From Paramecium tetraurelia (Eukaryota): DNA of 20,000 bases. Position 1 is the first letter of the stretch. Every line of letters begins with the position of its first letter. The notes below the pieces were generated by a model, which saw only the letters and a program-made list of their open reading frames with translations, had not been told where the DNA came from and made no database searches. The translations under genes and the position numbers were made by a program. The DNA lies in the NCBI GenBank assembly GCA_000165425.1, contig CT868078.1:61200-81199 (forward strand), read 5' to 3'. Shown piece after piece: positions 12,981-20,000 of the stretch.

Positions 12981-13687
12981 GAATAAATACAAAACTATTA
13001 TTATTATTATTAACATTAACACACTTATAATCCTTTAAATTCAATTGGTTTCACTGGTTCTTAAATGAAGATAGATAGTTGTCTTTTTATTCTTTTTTTT
13101 GTCTTCTTAACTTAGTTCTTATTAATCAGCTTATCCAGCTTAAGAAGTATAGTATGGTATTATATTATGTGTTTACATGATGATGGAAATTGGTGCTCTA
13201 TGCATAATTTATTAGATAATTTAAATAATTACCGAAAGTTATCTGGTAGCAAATGACCTATTCGAGATAGGGGTAGAAAAAATTATAATTTGTTGACACT
13301 TTCATTGATTTAAATATCTCTTATTTTCATCTTTTGTGCTGCTTTTTCAGAGAAAATGTTGCGATACTTATTATGGTAATTTTTTTGAAAGTCAAAGAGT
13401 AGTTTAAAAATGTATTGTATAATTATCCAATTTTAGTTTTTGAAATTTTATTATTTTAAATATAGATGGAAGAATATTGAGAAAAATGGGGCATTAAGGA
13501 TATTAAATCTAAAAGAAGGAGGAATTTGTAGATGTTATACAAGATAAATTCATTCACTCTTACTCAAAAATCAAGTTGTAAAAAGATTAATAAAATAGTT
13601 TCATTATTGATTAAATAAATTTCCCTTTAAGAATGAGTCATTATTTTTCTCCAATAGTTATATTAAAATTAAAATTCTTCTAAATAA

Positions 13688-16600
13688 ATGGCTTTCAAAC
13701 TCATTTGCTTGTTTGTTTTTACATTAGCAGGATGTAATTGCAAATGCAATTAAAATGAATATGATCCAGCTATCTGTATTTTATAGATAACTGATTCAAA
13801 ATGTATTTAATAAAAGTTTATTGAATAGGCTTGTATGATGAATTTCTGAATCAGTGCATAGAAACTAGTAATTAAAATTTAGGTTGTTCTTATTATTTGA
13901 ATCGTAATGCTTGTATAAATTAATTAACGATTAGTGGAAATGTTGAGAAGAGATGTAAATAATAATTTATATATAGGCATATTTTAGAATAGGTGTATAG
14001 ATGTTAACATATACCATCTGAAAAATTTAGGTTGCAGCGATTCATTTTCAAAATATGCTTGCATTAATGTAGTTAATAAAGATTGTTTTTGGAATGGTTC
14101 TTAATGTGAAGATTCTTAAAAGATTATATTTTCAGATAATTCGAAAGAAGAAATATATCCATACTCTGTTACTCCATAACTATGTGCTAAATATCATAAA
14201 TATCCTTGTAAATGAAATTAATAATAAAGGTATCAATACAGGACCACAAGGAGATTATAAATGTGTTATAATTAATTAGAATATAATTTAAAGAATTAAA
14301 ATGTTCGACCTTGGGTTTAAATGAAATAGGATGTGTTTCAATTTTGACGCAGAATGAAATGTGTAATTTTGTATATCATATTAGGCCTCTTTGAAAATAA
14401 TTAATGTAAAACCATAAACCCTTCAAAGATGATAGAATGCTCTTAAAAAATAAACAAATTAGCTTGTTTATCTATTACAACACCTAATTTATTATGTCAA
14501 TGGTAACAAAATGAATGCCGTGTTTATAAATTTGATCAATAAGTTACATGTCTAGACATTGTTGATGTTAACATAAATGTATGTGCTAATTAAGAAGGTT
14601 TATGTATGTTTGATTAATTAAATTACAAATGTACATAGTTAAATTAAAAATAATTGGAATATTTAAATTGCGATACTCCTGGAATAACAAAATTTGCTTG
14701 TTTATCCATCTAAAATTAATATTGTACTTTCAATTAAGGGTTTTGTCAAACATTATCTGAAAATGATTTAAGTAATTATTAATGTTAAATGCAATTAAAT
14801 TAAGCAGCTTGTATTAATATTAAGACAAAAGGTTAATTATGTTTATGGAATGGATAAGGTTGTTAAAATGTAGAAATTACTTAAGATTAAGATTGCAATA
14901 ATTTCGATCGATTTTTAGTTAATGGAAATGTTTGTTAAGCAATCAAAAAGCCATATGCAATGTGTAAATATGATGAAATAACTAAAATTTGTGTTAAAAG
15001 TTCAACAAATGATTATTGTACTACTCCATATTTAAATTTATATGGATGTGTAAGTATTTCAAGAGAGAATTAGACTTGTAAATGGATAGATTAAAGCTGT
15101 TAAGATATTGTAATAATACCATTTGAAACACTTTGTAGTAGTTTGGAATATGCAAATTATTAAGCATGTCAACAAGTATTTGAAAATAATTCAATGGGTT
15201 GTTATCATGATTAGAAAAGATCCTAATGTGTATCTTTATTAATAAGCACCGATAACGAAACTAATATAAATCTACAGGAGATACAAAAGGCTAATTAATA
15301 TTTATCAACTGTTTCATGTTTTGATAAATCTTTAGGATTGAATAGAATCATATGTGGATCTATCACTACAGAAAATGTATTTTGCAGATGGCAATAGAAT
15401 AGTTGTAAATTTATGAAAAAAGAAGCTATTGCTAATATTCCTTGTACAGATCTAAAATATGCTAATCCATCAACGTGTGCTTAAGTAAAATACAACAATG
15501 AATTTTGCAGATATTTTAAAGAAGAAAAAGGATGTACAAATCAATTAAAAGGTGAAATGAATTGTAATGATCTTGGGCTTAATTCAATTAGTTGTAATAA
15601 AGCAAAAGAGAATTGTTACTATGACAAAGATAGATGTTAGAGTATTGGAGAAATTTCAACTTAAATTACTCCAGAGGTTTAAATCATTTTATAAAAACTA
15701 ACGTGCTAATCTAATTTTCCAACAGAAAGAATTTGCTTAGCAATATAAACACCAGGTTAATTGTGCACATGGTCCAATAAATATTAATAATGTAGAGAAA
15801 TCTAAGTTCCTCAAAATAAAAAATGTTCAGATTTTTCTTTGTTTCAAGTTAATGCTGATGTTTGTGCTTAAATTAATTTGGGTAAATCATTAATACCATT
15901 TTAGAAACGAAAATATCTTTTGATCAGGATCCTGGTTTTTGTGAATATGATAGATAAAAAAAGAATTGTAGAGAAAAAATCAAAAAGTGTACTTCCAAAT
16001 GTTGTTCAGAAAATGAAGAAATAGGAATAAATGCATATTCATGCAGTAGATTCTCTAGTCAAGAACCAGGAGTTTATTGTATTTTTTAAGAATCCAGATG
16101 TTTGCAACTTACAAACTAAATTGTGGATATCTTAAATCATAATGCTGTAAAGAGTTACTACAATGAAAAAAAGTATACTTGTGCTTAAATGAATAAGAAT
16201 TCTTGTCATATGATTGATTGGTCAACTTCTTAAGCTTGCTATTATAATGGATTTGCTTGTATAAATTTGAATTTATAAAGTCATTTTGACTTTTAAGAGT
16301 TGACAAAATCTTCTGCAATTGTTAATATATATGTCTGCTTAGCAATTGAAGTTGTGAATAGTGTTAACTTAAGTCAGAAATATATTGAGTATAATTAAGC
16401 AGGGAAAAAACTGTAAACTACTTCTACAACCATATCCATAATATTAAACTTGTGAAAGTGTAACTGGAAATTCTAACATTTGTTTAGGTCTTACTAGTAA
16501 TCTTTATTGTAAATGGAACAAAGAATTGTTAAAATGTGTTACAATTACAGAAGATTAATAATAAGAAATCCTCACATGCAATGAATATCAAAATATCAAA

Positions 16601-19600
16601 TCATGCTTAGAAAATTAATACTCAGCGTGCCAATTCTCTCTTGCCTAAGATAAATGTATTAATGCACCTTTAGATCAGGATTGCTCATATTTCAATACTA
16701 CAGGTAAAGTAAGTAGGAAAACTTGTTCATTAATAACGAAAAGTGGCTAAATTTGTGAATTTAAAAATAATTATTGTGTTGATTCTAACAAATCTATTGA
16801 AGGATGTAATTTAGATGGAATTAATAAAAGAGGTTGTTTTAAGAATACTAAAGGAAATTGCAGATGGGATGATGTCTCAGGTTAATGCTATGAAAATAAA
16901 ACACTATTATAAGAATTGGAATGTAATAATAATTTAAATTAAATCTTATGTATGAAAGTAACTAAGTAACCATGCATGTGGAATGATGATCAATATTAAT
17001 GTGTTTATTTTAATCAAATGACTAAAGATCAATATTTAGAATAAAATCCTAAGAATTAATATAATCAATGGGCTTGTACCCTAATAGTTGGTGCTGGATA
17101 CACATTTGATGCAGATAATCATAAATGCAAATTACTAGATAATACTTAAAATTTTGGATGTTCTGATATTTAGATGAATAATTATGCATGTTAATTTTTA
17201 ACAAAAGGTTCAAATTGTTATTTTGATTAAAATGAAAAACCTCCAAAATGTAAAATTTTCAATATGGATCAAACCATTTGCTCATCTAAATATGCCATAA
17301 ATATTGAAGTCTGTATGAATATACCTAAATCATGTAAATTTTCACTTCGGACAATGTCTTGCTAAACACTAATAGTAAATTAAGATAACACTTGTTTATA
17401 TCTTTAAGGTCTATAAAATAAAGGAGAATACGTAAATAAACTAGGATGTTCCTCAATATCTGAATCTTTGCAAGGCAATGATGGAGAACAGTAATGCTAT
17501 TAAACTAAAGATCTTTAGCAAAAGTGCAATTATTAAAAATTTTGTCTTTGGAATAATTATACTTGCAAAGTAAGCGAATAATAAATTCATATATTTGATA
17601 ATAAACACTACATCCCAAGTGAATAATTTTATTGGGAGTTTAAGAAAAATAATTGTACTAGTAATACTGATTGCAACGAATTTATTACATTTCATGAATT
17701 TTAAAGTGATGGCTTAACTTATCCTGGCAAGAGTGATTAATTAAAATGTGGATTAGGTAGATGTGATTATACAAATGAACCATGTTCTTAGAAAACCGAT
17801 TGTTAAGATATTTCTATCGAAAATCTTTAGGTTAATGATGATGGCTCAATTAAATAACCAAAAATGTAGGCTTAGACTTGTCAATCAACTTGTTAAAAAT
17901 CTTTAGATGTTTAAGAATGTAAATCTTCTGAAATGGTTCCAAAGGAAGTGATATAACCAGCTATCATTAATTACTAATAATGTTAAGGAAGATGTTAAAC
18001 TTCAAAAGAAATCTGTGTGAGTCATATATGTGGAGAGAGTATATTATTTCCAGCAATAACAGTAAAGTGTGAGAGCACTGATTGTCAAATTAAAGATTGT
18101 AAGGGTTGTGATAAGGACGATTGTGCTGGTAAATATTGTGAAATAACAGATTGTGAGGATGAAAAAGGTAAGGATTGGAAATGTAAAAGTTATAAAGATG
18201 TTAAAGTAATAGAATATTGTTAATTGGAAAGTTTTATATGTTCGGAAAGTCATAAATCATGTAAGAAAGAATTGGATTGTTTGCCATTTGTACAATAATC
18301 TTGGTAATTTGAGAATGCAACATGTAAAAAACACTAAATCTATATTAAATCTGAAATCTGCAAAGGGTTTATTTATCTACAATTAAAATGTCAAAATATT
18401 TTTTCTAAAGCTCTTTGTCTTTAAATGACAAATCCAACCTGTTTTTTTGATATTAATTAAGGAGGTTGTAATTATCTTGAAGGAAATGAAGATAAAGTTC
18501 CAAACTGCGATAGCATAAAAAATACTCGCAAACCAACTAATTAATGTGAGAACTTTATGAATATTTGTAGATTTAGTGGTTAGTAAGAAAATGAATATCA
18601 AAATACATGCCAAGCAGTATCTTCAAAAAATCTGAATTGTGAGGATGGTATCGAATAAAATGTTGCAGATGATTCATGCCCTTCAAACACACTAAGTTAT
18701 AAAAATTGTGTCAAGGGTTTAAATCTCTAAAATTCAGATTGTTTATGGGTTCTTAATCCATCAATATTTAATTGCGCTGCAGTAGCTGATTATTGTCGAT
18801 ATTCAAATGGGGTTTGTATATCTGATCAGAATACCTATCCATGTAAATGCGATAAAAGCTTCAGTAAATCTTGGTGTGAATTTTGTAAATGCAACTTCGA
18901 TTTGCTTGGATACTGTTAACTTGAGAGTAAACCTATTCAAAAATTACCTGACAATTCTAATCAATATTATTTATGTTATTAGGTGAATTTGTTACCAATT
19001 GATGCTGATGGTAAAAAAAAAGTTTGTGGAATGGTTGATTAAGCATGTCGATACACTTTTACATGTGAAGATGCAACTCATTTTAGTTGCGATTACCTTT
19101 TAAATTTTGTGGTTTCTAAAAGAGCTTGTATCAGGTGCAATTCTTTGAGTGTTTATTATAATGAAAAATTATAATTTTGTTTCTAATTGGATGCTGATAT
19201 AAAAACATGCGATCTGTTAAATAAATAGGCATGTTTATAAATGACAAAAGGGATAAAGTGTAAATGGGAAGATTATGAATGTAAATAAATAGATAGAATA
19301 ACCGGATCTGATAGTAGAGATTGTTCAATTTATAATTAAGATGCTTGTATATAATTCTAATAAGATTGTTGGTTTGATTTGAATATTGGTTATTGTACAT
19401 AGTTTGATCCAACTTAAGGTTCTTGTAATTTATTATTAAATGAAGATCTTTGCTTATTTTCATTAAAGGAATCTTGTTTATGGGATTCAATTAATTTAAA
19501 GTGTATGAAGAATGATAAAGAAATAACATAATGTTCAGATTTAAATAAATTTGGATGTTTAAATTAATCAATGATATCATGTGTATGGTCAGATCTTTAT

Positions 19601-20000
19601 AAATGTTAATGGGCTATATTAAATGATAAAGTAATATCATGTAATTCTGTATTATCAAATACTTAATAATCATATATTACACATTTTAGTTAAAACATTT
19701 GTTCTTAATTAAAGATTCAATCAAGTTGTTTCTTAGATAATTATTATTAATGTAGATAAACTATTATTACAGATATAATTAAATGTAATACTTAAGGATT
19801 AAATAAATTTGGTTGTATTAATAGATCAATAGGATAATGTTAATTTAAAGATGAACAACATTAATGTATAGAAAATACAAATGATTAAATTGGATGTCTT
19901 GATTCATTAAATAAATAGGCTTGTATTTCTTAAAAATAAACATGTAAATTTGAGAATAATATCTGTTCTCTTCATTAAGTAAATACAATTAATGATATCA
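13688..20000 (+). CDS. Gene B: paralogous giant cysteine-rich repeat protein with signal peptide; 3' end outside the window; two +1 frameshifts in this sequence
   Basis: From ATG 13688 it reads MAFKLICLFVFTLAGCNCKCNQNEYDPAICILQITDSK-C-LYDEFLNQC... Introns at 13803-13828, 13955-13976, 14208-14229, 14363-14384 and probably 15882-15904. It aligns with A throughout, e.g. B MNKNSCHMIDWSTSQACYYNGFAC vs A MGKNSCHMIEWSTSQRCYFNGFSC. There is one extra base at ~14280 and one in the A6 run at 16405-16410. Confidence 0.93.
13803..13828 (+). other. Gene B intron 1 (26 nt)
   Basis: AAA T|gtatttaataaaagtttattgaatag|GC. Restores the frame. Confidence 0.9.
13955..13976 (+). other. Gene B intron 2 (22 nt)
   Basis: AGA T|gtaaataataatttatatatag|GC. 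Restores the frame. Confidence 0.9.
14208..14229 (+). other. Gene B intron 3 (22 nt)
   Basis: CCT T|gtaaatgaaattaataataaag|GT. Restores the frame. Confidence 0.9.
14363..14384 (+). other. Gene B intron 4 (22 nt)
   Basis: ATG T|gtaattttgtatatcatattag|GC. Restores the frame. Confidence 0.9.
15882..15904 (+). other. Gene B putative intron 5 (23 nt), absent from gene A
   Basis: TTG G|gtaaatcattaataccattttag|AA ACG. Removal gives QINLETKISFDQDPGFCEY and restores the Cys frame. Confidence 0.7.
19223..20000 (+). repeat. Inverted repeat, right arm (inside gene B coding sequence); truncated by the window edge
   Basis: Begins aaataggcatgtttataaatgacaaaaggg and is still matching at base 20000 (equivalent to 3690). 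Confidence 0.97.

Noticed and set aside
12259..13189. 14-nt direct repeat catgatgatggaaa (12259-12272 and 13176-13189) as a target-site duplication or C/D snoRNA C boxes
   Set aside because: The first copy lies inside the RT region, so it cannot flank the element. The second has no nearby CTGA D box and I see no terminal stem. Probably chance.
13020..13680. Possible gene fragment upstream of gene B
   Set aside because: Only short frames interrupted by TGA and no recognisable motif.
18017..18223. 68-aa metallothionein-like ORF
   Set aside because: It is an in-frame piece of gene B cut off by TAA (Gln) codons, not a separate gene.
31..18613. Remaining ORF-track entries
   Set aside because: They assume TAA/TAG are stops; all are antisense or off-frame to A or B, or run across an intron (14094-14279).

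Overview
AT-rich ciliate DNA, most likely Paramecium: the long frames stay open only if TAA/TAG = Gln and TGA is the sole stop (table 6), and the introns are 22-26 nt GT..AG. The supplied ORF track assumes the standard code, so it is almost all artefact. The window holds two divergently transcribed paralogous genes for giant, signal-peptide-bearing, Cys-periodic proteins: gene A (minus strand, ATG 9925, runs past position 1, >3200 codons) and gene B (plus strand, ATG 13688, runs past 20000, >2000 codons). They share four intron positions. Their first ~1800 codons are strongly diverged, and B carries a Cys-rich insertion that A lacks. At 4470/19223 they switch abruptly to ~99% nucleotide identity, forming an inverted repeat of at least 778 bp around a 14.75 kb segment that holds both 5' halves and promoters. 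Between the genes is a decayed non-LTR (APE+RT) retrotransposon ending in (TAAA)5. Both genes carry small frameshifts, which are either sequencing errors or pseudogenisation. All translations and alignments were done by eye.
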